Below, piece by piece: positions 13,030-24,386 of a DNA stretch of 64,000 nt. The notes under the pieces were generated by a model. It saw nothing but the letters and a program-made list of their open reading frames with translations, made no database searches and was not told the DNA's origin. Within the stretch, counting starts at the first letter, position 1, and every line of letters starts with the position of its first letter. The DNA lies in NCBI RefSeq assembly GCF_018350175.1, contig NC_058368.1:80168001-80232000 (forward strand), read 5' to 3'. This stretch comes from Felis catus (Eukaryota). Made by a program: the position numbers and the translations under genes.

Positions 13030-14045
13030 TATCTCACTGGCTGTTCTCTTCAAGGGCGCCTTTGCTGGCCCCTCCTTCTCCCGCCTACACAGTCTGGGAG
13101 GTGACAGGGTTCCTTGAAGTTTGGTCTTGGGCCCTTGTCTTGTACCCCCACCCACTGGACCCCCCAGTTACGGTGACCTTAAGCTCAGGCCGTTTGCCCG
13201 CACTCCCTGTGTCCCCGATCCAGTTCTGTATTGAGCCCCCGACTCTCACACACTGTCATCCGTCACGTGGCCGCCTGGCTTGTCTCGCAGACATCTCGAA
13301 CTTTGTGGGTCCACACTGAACTCTGGGTCTCCTGCCGCCCGGCTCCCCGACCCGACACGCCCCGTGCTGGGCCTCGTCCCCGCCCCGACACACACACACA
13401 GACCCGGAGCTTGGGCCACAGCTTCGCTCGCCCACACACTGGACCCATCGCCAGGTCCCACGGACTCTGCCTCTGCAGTCTGTCCACCACTTTTCCCCCA
13501 CGCCCCCTGTGCTACTCGAATACACACCACGCGTGTCTGCTATAGTCAGCCTGCTCATCACCAGCCTCCCCTCAACTGACTGCAGGGGTAGCATGTAGAT
13601 TTTTAACCCGTAAACTTGTGTGACGTCCCCCCTCAGAACTCCTTAATGGCTCCTTATTGCCCTTGGAGAAAACCCCAGCCCCTGGCATTCCCCTCCAGTT
13701 CCTGGCTTCCCTCCCACCTCAGGGGCTCTCGGGTGCGCTGTTCTCTCCAGATCCCCGGTGCCCACGCTCGGCCAGCTCCCTCTTGTTCCTTGGGTCCTGG
13801 GCCAGCGCCTAGACCGGGCTTTCCTGACCCCCCATTCTGAACGGGCTTTCTCTACTGCTCTCCCTGACAGCTCCCTGTTCACGTGGCACCGGCCCTCATT
13901 TGAACTTCCATGTGGGTTTGTTCACTAATGTGTGTCTGCTGTGTGTCCACGCGTAAACCGTAGGCACCGTGAGGGTCTGCGGTTTTCTCTCCAGCTGCAG
14001 ACACGGCGCCTGGCTCACGCAGGTGCCGGATGGGACAGATGTTGG
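13030..14045. mobile_element. Degenerate L2-like LINE fragment(s)
   Basis: C/T-rich degenerate sequence ending in an L2-like 3' motif (cgtgagggtctgcgg...gcctggctcacgcaggtgcc); recognised by eye only. Confidence 0.45.
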
Positions 14046-14961
14046 GCGCCCGAGAGCAAAGGAGAGTGATCATCTTGAATGCGTAGGGAGAGCGAGCCAC
14101 ACGGGACAGTAGTCGTCGCCACCCTTCCATAAATATCTATCCCTACTTGGGAGGCTGCTGACATTCAAATCCTGGTGTCCCTCTGCCAAGCAGTTAGCAA
14201 ACGTTAGCACGGGTGTTTCCTCTCCTTCCAGTCTCCCTAGTGGCCTGTTTCCCCCTCCCTCCCTGCGGAATGGCAGCATGTGTCCCAGTGTAGGGCGGGG
14301 GAGGTCTGGATCTGGGGCTGCGAGCCTCACTGGGTTTGGCCCTGAGGACAGACTGGGTGGGGGACCCTCCAGTCCTTCCGGGCCCTGCTGGTGTCTAGGA
14401 GTGCGTGGCTCGTTCCCACCACAAGGTGGCGCTGCCGTCCAGTAGACGCGGCCAGAAGGTGGGTGGTTCTAATCCCTCTACGTATCCCTGCTGGGAATTA
14501 GCGGAGCTTCTGAGGGGCCTGAGCCTAGTTACTGGGGGTGAGGGTCGGGAAAGGGGAGGTGAGGTTGCCGGAGCCAGATGGTCCCCTGTTCTCTGCATTA
14601 ACTACACAAACCCGGCTGTGCACCTGCTCCAGGGGGATCGTTAGGGAACCGAGGTAGTTTTAATATCTTATTCTGTTTTCTGTCTTTTGGGGACACCAAA
14701 CTTGTGTTGGTTTTGGATTACAAGCCTTTAGCACGTAAATAGATATGTGGTCGATTACACAGAAATATTGTAAAGATACCAATTGTCCCCACGATGTATA
14801 AATGCCCATAGAATTGCTTTTTTTTTAATTATTATAGAAGAATGTGTTTACTATTCAAAGTTTGAAACTATATAGAAGACTAAAAAGAAAATACAATTAG
14901 TAAAAATAAAATCTTAAGAAACTAAAAAATAAATCACTTTTTTTGAAAAACAATAAACTAA

Positions 14962-15172
14962 GGGGCACCTGGGTGGCTCAGTCAGTTAAGCCTCTGACTC
15001 TTGATTTCGGCTCAAGTCATGATCTCGCAGTTTGTGGGTTCAAGCCCCACATCAGGCTCTGTGCTGACAGCACGGAGCCTCCTTAGGATTCTCTCTCTCT
15101 CTCTCTCTCTCTGCCCCTCCCCTGCTCATGCTCTATCTCTCTCTCTCTGTATCAAAATAAATAATTTTTTTT
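14962..15172 (+). mobile_element. Can-SINE
   Basis: Head, CT region, A tail. Confidence 0.92.
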
Positions 15173-15457
15173 TAGTGGGATAAAATACATGGTAGAAAGT
15201 GAAAGCCTTTCCTTGGACTCAACATTTCCCAAAAGCAAAGGCTTTTATCTCTAGACTTCAATAGAAAAGCTGAACACCTAGCCCCCCTCATTTCCTTGCG
15301 TCCCCGGGAGCTGTGGCCACAGAATGGCCCAGAGGGTGTCCTGGGATGGAGTCACACCCTGTTGGGGGACCTCGCGGTAACCCTTCCAGCACTGGGTCCG
15401 GGGAGGCGTGGGGTCTCCACACCGTGCTCACCGGCCGCCCTTGGATCTTCTCCTTAG

Positions 15458-15550
15458 GTTTCCTTTTCGGCCTTAAAGGAGCGGAAGGAAATGTGGGCTA
15501 CCCTGGCCCTTCTGGTTTCCCTGGGGCTCGCGGACAGAAAGGCTGGAAAG
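15458..15550 (+). CDS. COL4A2: COL4A2 exon ~21 (93 nt) [11 protein letters not shown]...GQKGWK
   Basis: ccttag| ... AAAG|gtaagg. Confidence 0.95.
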
Positions 15551-16691
15551 GTAAGGAACATCGAGAGCACCGGAGGAAGGGCGGGAGGCCGTGACCCCTC
15601 TCACTGGCTCTGACGTGAGACAACCCTCCGCGTCCCCCTGCGCCTCCTTTCTCCCACGGTGTTACGGAGCCGAGGTGCGTGGCACCCACGGCACTGTCTG
15701 AGCACCCGGCCCTCCGTCTGCGCTCCCTCCTCCCATCTGTGTCTCCACCTACACCACTGAACCTTCTGGGAGTGCGGAGCCCGCTACGGAGCCAATGAAT
15801 CCATGATTCCTCTAAGGGCTCAGCGCCAAGGCCGCGTAACGAGCACCTGCGCAAGCTTGTCCGCTACGGAGTTCCCTTAGACTAGGCCTGGCTGCCCATC
15901 TCCCCAAGTTAGGGACTAGTCACCACAGGGCAGGCGCCCTGGGCTCACCCCCGCTGCTGGTGGAGGTGTGGTCGACCGAGCAGAACAAAGGGGTTTCTGT
16001 GTACAAAATATGCTGCGCCCGGGGGACGCTCCGTCTCTGGGAGGTGGCCGCCCAGGGGCCCCAAGCAGCACACCCCAACCTTTGTGGCTCACACGGGACG
16101 TGAGGGTGTGTTGGCGCCCGGGGGAGGGGAGGTGGTGACTGCAGAATCACTCACCATGGAGGGCCGCAGAGGACTCCTCCCGTGAGCCCCCGCCTGCCAC
16201 CTGTGCCCTGGGGAGCACCTGCCACCAACAGTGGGTTCCCCGGGCCCGGCCTCAGGCACACAAAGAAGGGAGGTCACAGATTTCTTCCCTCCCACCCAGG
16301 ATCCTGGCTCTGAACCCACTGCTCCAGCCAGGCTCACCCCCCCACCCATGGCCCCCCTTTGCCCCAGACCCTGGAGCCTTGTCTGCCCCCCGTCCCTGAC
16401 CTGGGAGGCCTGTGGTGGCCTCTGGAGCCCCTGTTCCTCAGCTCCACACACAGCTCTGTAAACGGCCTGTTGGGTAACATGTTGGGTAAACGTGGCAGGG
16501 TTCTGCGTCCCGGGGAGTAACTCACATTCCTCATCCAGGAGACGGGGGTAATGGGTAACAGTCCCCCGAGCACAGGAGGTCCCCGAGTGCCCCCTCCTCG
16601 GTCCAGCCCCCACCGCCCTGGACTTCTGCCCCCGGCAAAGCACGTGCTTCACGAGCACATAGTGAGCCTTCCCGCCTCCCTCGTGTTGCAG

Positions 16692-16855
16692 GTGACGCTG
16701 GGGACTGTAAGTGCGCAGAAGGTGACCAGTTCATCGGGGGCCTCCCGGGGCCACCAGGACCCAAGGGCCTTCCAGGCGTCAACGGGGAGCCTGGGAAGAA
16801 AGGGAGCCAGGGAGACCCCGGCCAGCATGGCATCCCTGGGTTCCCAGGGTTCAAG
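16692..16855 (+). CDS. COL4A2: COL4A2 exon ~22 (164 nt) [20 protein letters not shown]...GFPGFK
   Basis: ttgcag| ... AAG|gtgaga. Confidence 0.95.
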
Positions 16856-17029
16856 GTGAGACACCAGTCCCATCAGAGCTGATAGGATGTCCTTGATGGC
16901 TTTTGTCTATTAAATGAACGCAGATTTAGACCACCAACGCTCACCCCCCTCCCAGTGCTCCATCCAAAAAGGCCATGTGCTCCGGGAGGAACCTTGAAAC
17001 GTTCACTGGTGAGAATGTGAACGGCGTGG

Positions 17030-17290
17030 CCACTGTGGAAGTGTCCAGGACAGGCAACTCTAGAGACAGGAAGCAGACAGCAGTCAGCGGGGGCTGGGGG
17101 AAGGGGAGGGGCAGTGAGTGTTTCATGGCTCTGGGGTTTTCTGGGGGAGGTGATGAAATTATATAATAGTGACGGTTGCACAATCTCGCAATTATTGCAG
17201 TTGTTTTCGTTGCACTAAAAAAACCCCGAATTGCGTGCTTCAAAATGGTAAATTTTATGGTGTATAAATTACATCTCAAAAAAATTTTAA
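17030..17290 (+). mobile_element. Old L1M 3'-end fragment
   Basis: ...ttcaaaatggtaaattttatggtgtataaattacatctcaaaa, a typical L1MB/MC terminus. Confidence 0.7.
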
Positions 17291-17482
17291 AAACCTAGCA
17301 TTTTGGATGTAAAGCATCTTCCTTACAGAACATTCAGATTTGGTATAGAACTGATTAAGCATTTTATGAAGTCTCTCTGAACCAGATTAAAAAGTGAGCC
17401 CCCCCCCAAGTAAATCATGAATTTACACGAGTGTGTGAACTTACCTGCCCATGGATTCCTTGTGTGTATCACACCTTTATTT

Positions 17483-17710
17483 TATTTTTTTTTTTTAATT
17501 TTTTTGTCAACGTTTATTTATTTTTGGGACAGAGAGAGACAGAGCATGAACGGGGGAGGGGCAGAGAGAGAGGGAGACACAGAATCGGAAACAGGCTCCA
17601 GGCTCCGAGCCATCAGCCCAGAGCCCGACGTGGGGCTCGAACTCATGGACCGCGAGATCGTGACCTGGCTGAAGTTGGACGCTTAACCGACTGCGCCACC
17701 CAGGCGCCCC
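17483..17710 (-). mobile_element. Young Can-SINE
   Basis: Perfect TSD tatcacacctttattt (17467-17482 / 17711-17726). Confidence 0.95.
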
Positions 17711-18170
17711 TATCACACCTTTATTTTAGATCACGCCTAGGATTTTAGTTCACACCGATGAAAAGAACATCTGTAGATCTTTCCTGGGCAAGAGGTTTTA
17801 ACCAGTGACTTCAAAGCCAGTATCAGCTAAAGCCAAAGAAATTATACAGCATTTATTTTACATAAGAGACAATCGCAATAGATTTACAGTGTGGAAAGTC
17901 TATCATTTTACTTATTCAGCCAATAGGGGAAAAGTTGCTCAGGACACTTGACCGAGGACAGAATGACCTGGCTGTGTGACCTGGTGCCGGGGAAAGGCAG
18001 CCACACGCAGCTGCTGATACAGAAGGTTCCGACTTATAATCGCTTTGTGACACAGGAGCTTTGAGGGCAAAAGGAGTTCCAGAGCACCTGTTCTCTGCTT
18101 CACGCCTTGAGATTCCTCAGGATAACACAGTACTGTCCAACTAGAACAGTAGGGGCTATGATACCATCTC

Positions 18171-18388
18171 CGGGCAGCTGGGTGGCTCAGGCGATTAAGC
18201 GTCCAACTTCGACTCGGGTCGTGATCTTGCAGTTTGTGAGTTCAAGCCCCGTGTCGGGCTCTGTGCTGATGGCTCAGAGCCTGGAGCCTCGTTGGGATTC
18301 TGTCTCCTCCTCTCTCTGCCCCTCCCCTGCTCATGCTCTGTCTCTCTCTGTCTCTCAGTAATAAATAAACGTTAAAAAAATTTTTTTA
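18171..18388 (+). mobile_element. Can-SINE
   Basis: Head, CT region, A tail; TSD atgatacc(a/g)tctcc. Confidence 0.92.
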
Positions 18389-19376
18389 AATGATACCGTC
18401 TCCCAATCAGGGAGGTCTCACCATGTAAATGCATATGCGGTGAGAGTTCCACAATTACTACTGGCCAAACTAGTAGGATCTTCGGTTGTTTATAAAATGA
18501 TCGCGTATCTCCTAGAAGCCAAAAGGATCCCATTTTGTGCACCGGGGGTATCTGACATCTTCCAAGGGTACACGCTTCCCCCAGCTGTGTGACACACACA
18601 CCCACGGCATTTTTGTTCAGAGACCTCGGGTATCGTGTTTGTTATCCTGCATTTAATTATATGTTTATGTGTCTGGCAAGCCTGCTACAGGAGAAATGCC
18701 AGGGATGGTTTCTGGTTTTTTACTGCCTGTGCTGCTAGAGTGTGGGAGAGTGAAGCATGGGAGTCAGTCAGTAAGTGAGTTCATCCGTCCACCTGTTTGC
18801 CCAGCACCTACAGACGGAGCGCTGTCTGTGTGCCACGCGCCCTCCCGGACTCGGAAAGAATGTTGCCCTTTTCCGCAAAGAACTAAATCAATAAATCAAG
18901 TATCTGTGGAATTTTTCAGAACAGTCCATTTCATTAGACCAACACTGCAAGTTCTCGTATTCTTGCAAATAACAGGCAAGATTTTCCAGAAACTAGCACA
19001 TCACACATATTAACATCCTGGCCTGTGAACCTGCTCCTTTCTCCCCACTGAACCTAGACTGGATTTTGTGACATAAAATGTGATGTCCCTGCGATAAGCT
19101 TGTCTCTAAAGTATGATTTTTTTCCCAACCTTAATTTCAGTCTGGAAGACGAGCCGTCCACAAAGCTCTCTTTGTCGTTCTCAGTATTGAATGAGCACAA
19201 ACTTGCCTCCTTTGTACGTGAAGGCTTGGATTCTAACTAATGTGGTGAAGATTTAGCAGCCTTGGGTTTGTCTTAGGTCACCGCTTCTCAAGAGTTCACG
19301 AGCATGTGAATCCCTGGGAGTTTGTTAAAACACACATTCCTGTTCCGTACCCCAGGGTGGGGCCCAAGGTTGTGCC

Positions 19377-19588
19377 TTTTTTTTTTAAGTTTATTTATTT
19401 ATCAGAGAGAGAGAGAGAGAGAGAGAACAAGTAGGGGGGCAGAGGGAGAGGGAGAGAGAGAATCCCAAGTGGGCTCCCTGCTGTCAGCGCAGAGCCCAAT
19501 GCGGGGCCCAAACTCATAAACCGTGAGATCATGACCTGAGCCGAGATCAGGAGTCAGACCCGTAACTGAGTGACCCGCCAGGTGCCCC
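19377..19588 (-). mobile_element. Can-SINE
   Basis: T tail, GA repeat, reverse-complement head. Confidence 0.92.
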
Positions 19589-19602
19589 AAGGTTCTGCAT
19601 TT

Positions 19603-19813
19603 CTTTTTTTCAACGTTTATTTATTTTGGGGACAGAGAGAGACAGAGCATGAACGGGGGAGGGGCAGAGAGAGAGGGAGACACAGAATCGGAAACAGGCT
19701 CCAGGCTCTGAGCCATCAGCCCAGAGCCTGACGCGGGGCTCGAACTCACGGACCGCGAGATCGTGACCTGGCTGAAGTCGGGCGCTTAACCGACTGCGCC
19801 ACCCAGGCGCCCC
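19603..19813 (-). mobile_element. Young Can-SINE
   Basis: Near-identical to the element at 17483-17710; TSD ggttctgcatttct. Confidence 0.95.
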
Positions 19814-20159
19814 GGTTCTGCATTTCTAATGAGCTCCCAGGAGAGACCGATGCTGCTTGTCCGCGGACCACACTTTGAGTAGCAAGATTCTGGTTTTCAC
19901 TATCCAGCCACGTATGGCTCCTTCTGTTAAGTTTTCATTATTTGAAATTTAATTCGGGCGCTCGGTGGCCTTTTGTGGCTGGTGGCTCCCGGACTGGACC
20001 ACCAGGTGCAGAGCATCTCACGCAGGGCAGAAGATCCTCGGGGGCAGCACCAGGCATGACATTGGAGAGGTTCCCGAGCTGTGTGAGCCGAAACTTGTCA
20101 TCTTCCCTGGCGTCCTTAACAGTGTGAAGGAAGCAGAAACTGTGTGTTTGCTCCCACAG

Positions 20160-20232
20160 GGCGCCCCTGGCAACGTCGGGCCTCCAGGGCCCAAAGGGGT
20201 GAAGGGCGATTCTCGGGCAATCACCACCAAAG
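20160..20232 (+). CDS. COL4A2: COL4A2 exon ~23 (73 nt) [24 protein letters not shown]
   Basis: ccacag| ... AAAG|gtcagt. Confidence 0.94.
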
Positions 20233-20323
20233 GTCAGTCTTCGGGGTCTGGCAGTTCCGGGACCCGCAGTCCTTCCGTGGCAGCACCTGGGTGAGTACAG
20301 TCACACCTCAAATCCCTTCCCAG

Positions 20324-20430
20324 GTGAGAGGGGACAGCCAGGTGTCCCAGGCGTGCCTGGTCTGAAAGGTGACGACGGTGTCCCAGGGCGCGACGGGCTG
20401 GATGGATTCCCAGGCCTCCCAGGCCCCCCT
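20324..20430 (+). CDS. COL4A2: COL4A2 exon ~24 (107 nt) [10 protein letters not shown]...GLPGPP
   Basis: ttcccag| ... CCT|gtgagt; preceded by a 91-nt intron. Confidence 0.94.
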
Positions 20431-21511
20431 GTGAGTATCTCGAGTGAGGGGCTGGGTCCACCCGGTGCAGCCCGTGTGGTTTCATGAGCACAAATCCTGT
20501 CGGTTAGGAAGCGGGGAGTTAGGTCGGAAGCCACGCCTGGAGGGAACATTCTAGGCCAACCAGTTAACAGGTGTTTCTCCTGGTGGAGGACAGAATGGGA
20601 GCCTGGGGTGGCGGCCACTTCTTCCTGAGGCAGAACCTCCTCCAGGCTGTCCCCCGGTGCTGGTGGCCGCGGCTGTCCCTCGTGTCTCCTGCCTGTGCCG
20701 TCGCATCAGCTTCCCTCCGCGTATCTGTCTGTATCTGGCACTCCCGTCTGCAGGGCTCCGCCTCTCCTTACCCCGATCGCCCTCACAGACCCTCTGTCCA
20801 GAGCAGCCACGCTCTCAGGCAGGGGCATCAGGACTCCAGCGTCTGGCGGGGACACAGTTCACCCCGCGACATTTCCTTCTCAGCCTCACGCCATGGTTCC
20901 CTGTAGCAGCTTGTCTGCCGTGTTCCAAAAGCCAGGCCTCCACTGTGCCCAACGTGGGTCACTTCCAGTGTGGCCCTCGCACGCTCCCGGTGCGCTTCTC
21001 ATGGGCTCCCTGGAAACACCTGGATTATTCATAACCTAGTATTGCTTTTTTAGTTTCAACCCTGAAAACCGTTTCCAAAAAGAATTCGCGCAGCCCCGTT
21101 GCATTGGCACGCTGCCGCCTCCGAGCAGTGCCTGAGATGGGCGGGAAACAGCGAGGGGCCGTCACCTGTCAGCGCTGAGTGCGGGTCCAGCCTGGGGTCC
21201 TAGGATCCCAGCTGGGTGGGGAGCCTCGGGGGCTTGGGGAGGTGGGGCTCTGCCCTGCACGGGCTGCCGCCTGCCATGGGCGCATCCCGGCCTCATTCTC
21301 GCTTGGACAGATGGGCTGGGATTCGCCAGCATGGCTTTGCACCGGCTCATCCAGATAGGCCCAGCGTGAAGCCTGCTGTGTTTGCCCCTGACCTGCTGAC
21401 AGCCATCCTCTGACCCCCTTGCCCACAGTCCCCTTATCTCTCCAATCTCTCCATTGCCGCCTGCCTTCCACACCTGCTGGGTGGTTTCATCCACGGGGAG
21501 CACCCTGCAGG

Positions 21512-21729
21512 GTTGTTGTTGTTTTTTTATGTTTATTTATTTTTAAGAGAGAGAAAGATAGAGTGCAGGCAGGAGAGAGACAGAGAGAGGGGGAGACACA
21601 GAATCCGAAGCAGACTCCAAGCTCTGAGCTGTCAGTACAGAGCCCGGCATGGGGCCCGAACCCACAAACCCTGAGATCATGACCTGAGCCGACGTCGGAG
21701 GCCTAACCGACTGAGCCCCCACGGCGCCC
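21512..21729 (-). mobile_element. Can-SINE
   Basis: T tail, GA repeat, head; TSD gcaccctgc. Confidence 0.92.
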
Positions 21730-22206
21730 TGCACCCTGCCTTTTTGGTCCTGTCTCACCTCCTTATTTCCAGTGAACACACTGCTCCTTCTGGCCCAAAC
21801 CAGACTCCTTTCTCCAACGACGTATCACCCCTGTGGATAGTGGACACGTCACACCTGCCTCATCATGACAGTGAGAACAGTCTGTCCTACTCCTGTTGAT
21901 GATCTGGGCTTGCACCTAATTCCCCCTCAGGATTCTTTCCTGTGAATGAAGGTCCCGACTGAGGAGGGCGAGAGGCTTGGGAAGAAGAAAGCAAATACTC
22001 AGATTTGTGTGTCTCCCGTTGTGTCACTCGTGCACAAAACCTGCCTTCATCCCAAGCTCGGTTAGACTGTGACTGAGGCACCTGTGACTCTCCACCGTCC
22101 TTCAGCTCTGTGTCCCTCACACACAACTCGGGAATGGGAAGGAGAACTGGGATATGGCCGTTGAGGTTCCCACGTATTTTAAGAGATAAACTGAATTTCC
22201 ACGCAG

Positions 22207-22408
22207 GGTGACGGCATCACAGGCCCCCCAGGGGACATCGGTTACCCAGGAACACCGGGCACGAAGGGCGCCCCAGGAGAGAGGGGCCCCCCGGGATTGG
22301 GCCTGCCCGGCCCCAAAGGCGAGCGCGGTTTCCCCGGAGATGTGGGACCACCTGGACCGCCAGGCTTTCCCGGGCCCGCTGGTCCCCCGGGTGCTCCCGG
22401 ACAGATAG
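22207..22408 (+). CDS. COL4A2: COL4A2 exon ~25 (202 nt) [15 protein letters not shown]...GAPGQI
   Basis: acgcag| ... ATAG|gtacgg. Confidence 0.95.
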
Positions 22409-22758
22409 GTACGGAGGAGTCCTCTCTGTATCTTTCAGTCGTGGGACTTTCCCCTTCTTCAGCAAATGTATAAATTCCCCTGGCGTCACGGGACAATCCA
22501 TGTTGCACCATCAGTCATGGGCACAGACAAACCAACGCGGGGTTTTCCTGGCTGACCACAGTCAGGTCACCCTCGGGTGGGCCTGTCCCTCCAGTGCCCT
22601 GGTCACGGGAACTCCACACACCGTTCAGGCATGTGCTTCTGGATTCCCTGCCGTCCCAGCCCTCCCCCCCCCGGCCCCCCGGCATACGCCCTTGGATAGA
22701 TTGGCAACTCTCGGTTGCTTCAGAATCACCTCACCCCTGCATTGTGTCTTGCTCCCAG

Positions 22759-22818
22759 ACTGCGATACAGGTGTGAAAAGGCCCATCGGAGATGACGGAC
22801 AGAAGACCGTGCGGCCAG
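22759..22818 (+). CDS. COL4A2: COL4A2 exon ~26 (60 nt) DCDTGVKRPIGDDGQKTVRP, non-helical interruption
   Basis: ctcccag| ... CCAG|gtaccg; keeps frame; resembles the known Cys-bounded loop of alpha-2(IV). Confidence 0.88.
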
Positions 22819-24329
22819 GTACCGTGATAGAGACCAGGAGGCTCTAGGACACTTGAAAGCCTTGGGTTTGTAAGATGGGCCACTAACGAGTGAGTGGCTG
22901 CCGTGAGCTCCCGCAGGTCGGCACCCCTCCGTCAGCTTGTCATCCGGGGGAGGGGACGCACGGTGAAACACGGACCTGCCAGGCTTCCCACCAGTGCGAA
23001 GCCCCAGGCTACGGTGCTGATAAAATACCGTCACACTTAGAGTGTATGCATACATTCGTGTGTGTGTGTGTGTGTGAGCTGTATTCGCTGGCTGTGCGTG
23101 GTGAAAACTGCTCCAGATGTCTGTCAGAAGAGAGTGTGGTCTAGCGATGAATGAGTGCTAGAAAGCACAGGGGCTGCCCGATAACAAAGGGACGTGCAGG
23201 GACCCTGTGCCAAGGCCTAGTGGTGGCAAAACAGAGGGGAGAGATGCCATCGGAGACGGGCCCAGCCGGCACAGAGGGCCAGAGTCTCCAGGGCATGTCA
23301 GGAACCGCAGTGGGAAGCCAGGAGGTGTCCAGAGTACGAAGGGCGTGCCAGCCTCGGGAGGGTTTTGAAGAGACCGGCAAAGAGGTTGGCGCAGAGTTCA
23401 GGATGCTCGTAGAACATGTGGCAGCAGCAGGTCCCAAGCGGCTGACCAAAGTTTGGGTGTGAGCCTCGGGATCAAGGTCAGGGTCGGAGACGTAGCATCA
23501 GGACATGTGGGTCTCCTGCGTGAGGTGGGGTCGATATGCGTGCGTGCGTGCAGAGCAGGAACATCACCTGCAGGCCTTCGGAGAGCTGGTGGGAACGTCC
23601 CTGGGCATGAGGGTCTGGGGGGGGAGGCCGTGCCCTCGGGACATCCTGTCCCTCTATTCTGATGAGCTGGGCTGGCCAGCGTGAGCCTCGGGGACTCCTA
23701 GTGCGTCAGAGGAGGCCAGGGACCGGGCAGACAGACAAAGCACGTCTTGGAGAGCTGCTGTGTCTGTGAGGGGCTCTCTCAGACGAAGGCCACAGTACCA
23801 CCACGTGATGCCCCCACCCTCGTCCACACCGGCCGAAAGTGGCTGCAGCCCGGGTTTCATTTCTCAAAGCAGCTAACGCACACGGCCAATTCTGAAACTA
23901 TTCAAAGTCACAAAGCAGAAGTCAAAGAATTCCTTTTGAAATTGCAAGCTGTCGCCATCCACTGGTGACCGTTCCCAGACACAAGAAAGGCAGTCACACT
24001 GACAGACTAGGATGGACCCAGACTAGCTCAGTTGTGCCCAGGTGTCACCCTAAACGTGGGGATGTAGCATCGCCAGCCCCATGCTGGCTTTATTGGACTG
24101 GGTCGACTTTGTTGGCCTTAGTACTGATATTCCGATTCATTGCACGGTGAAACTCAACCTTCCTTTACGTTAGAATCAAGATTCATTAAATCGTTAAGTT
24201 ACTCTGATCACAGAGTGGTAGCCGGTTTTCAGGGCTGGTGCTTCTGACCTTGGCAGGGCCCACAGCCGTGAGAGTCGGTGTGAATGATCGCGCCCCAGCT
24301 TGTCTGTCTTTCTTCCTGTCTCTTCCCAG

Positions 24330-24386
24330 ATTGCGTCGGAGGACCCAAGGGAGCGCCAGGCCTACGGGGACCCCCAGGCCCCACAG
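24330..24386 (+). CDS. COL4A2: COL4A2 exon ~27 (57 nt) DCVGGPKGAPGLRGPPGPT
   Basis: ttcccag| ... ACAG|gtaaac. Confidence 0.93.

Larger units (their letters stand above)
19279..19885. mobile_element. MER5A-like hAT DNA transposon split by two Can-SINEs
   Basis: Left half ttctcaag...tttgttaaaacaca...gggtggggccc; right half ctgcatttctaatgagctcccagg...gatgctgct...ggaccacactttgag. Confidence 0.7.
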
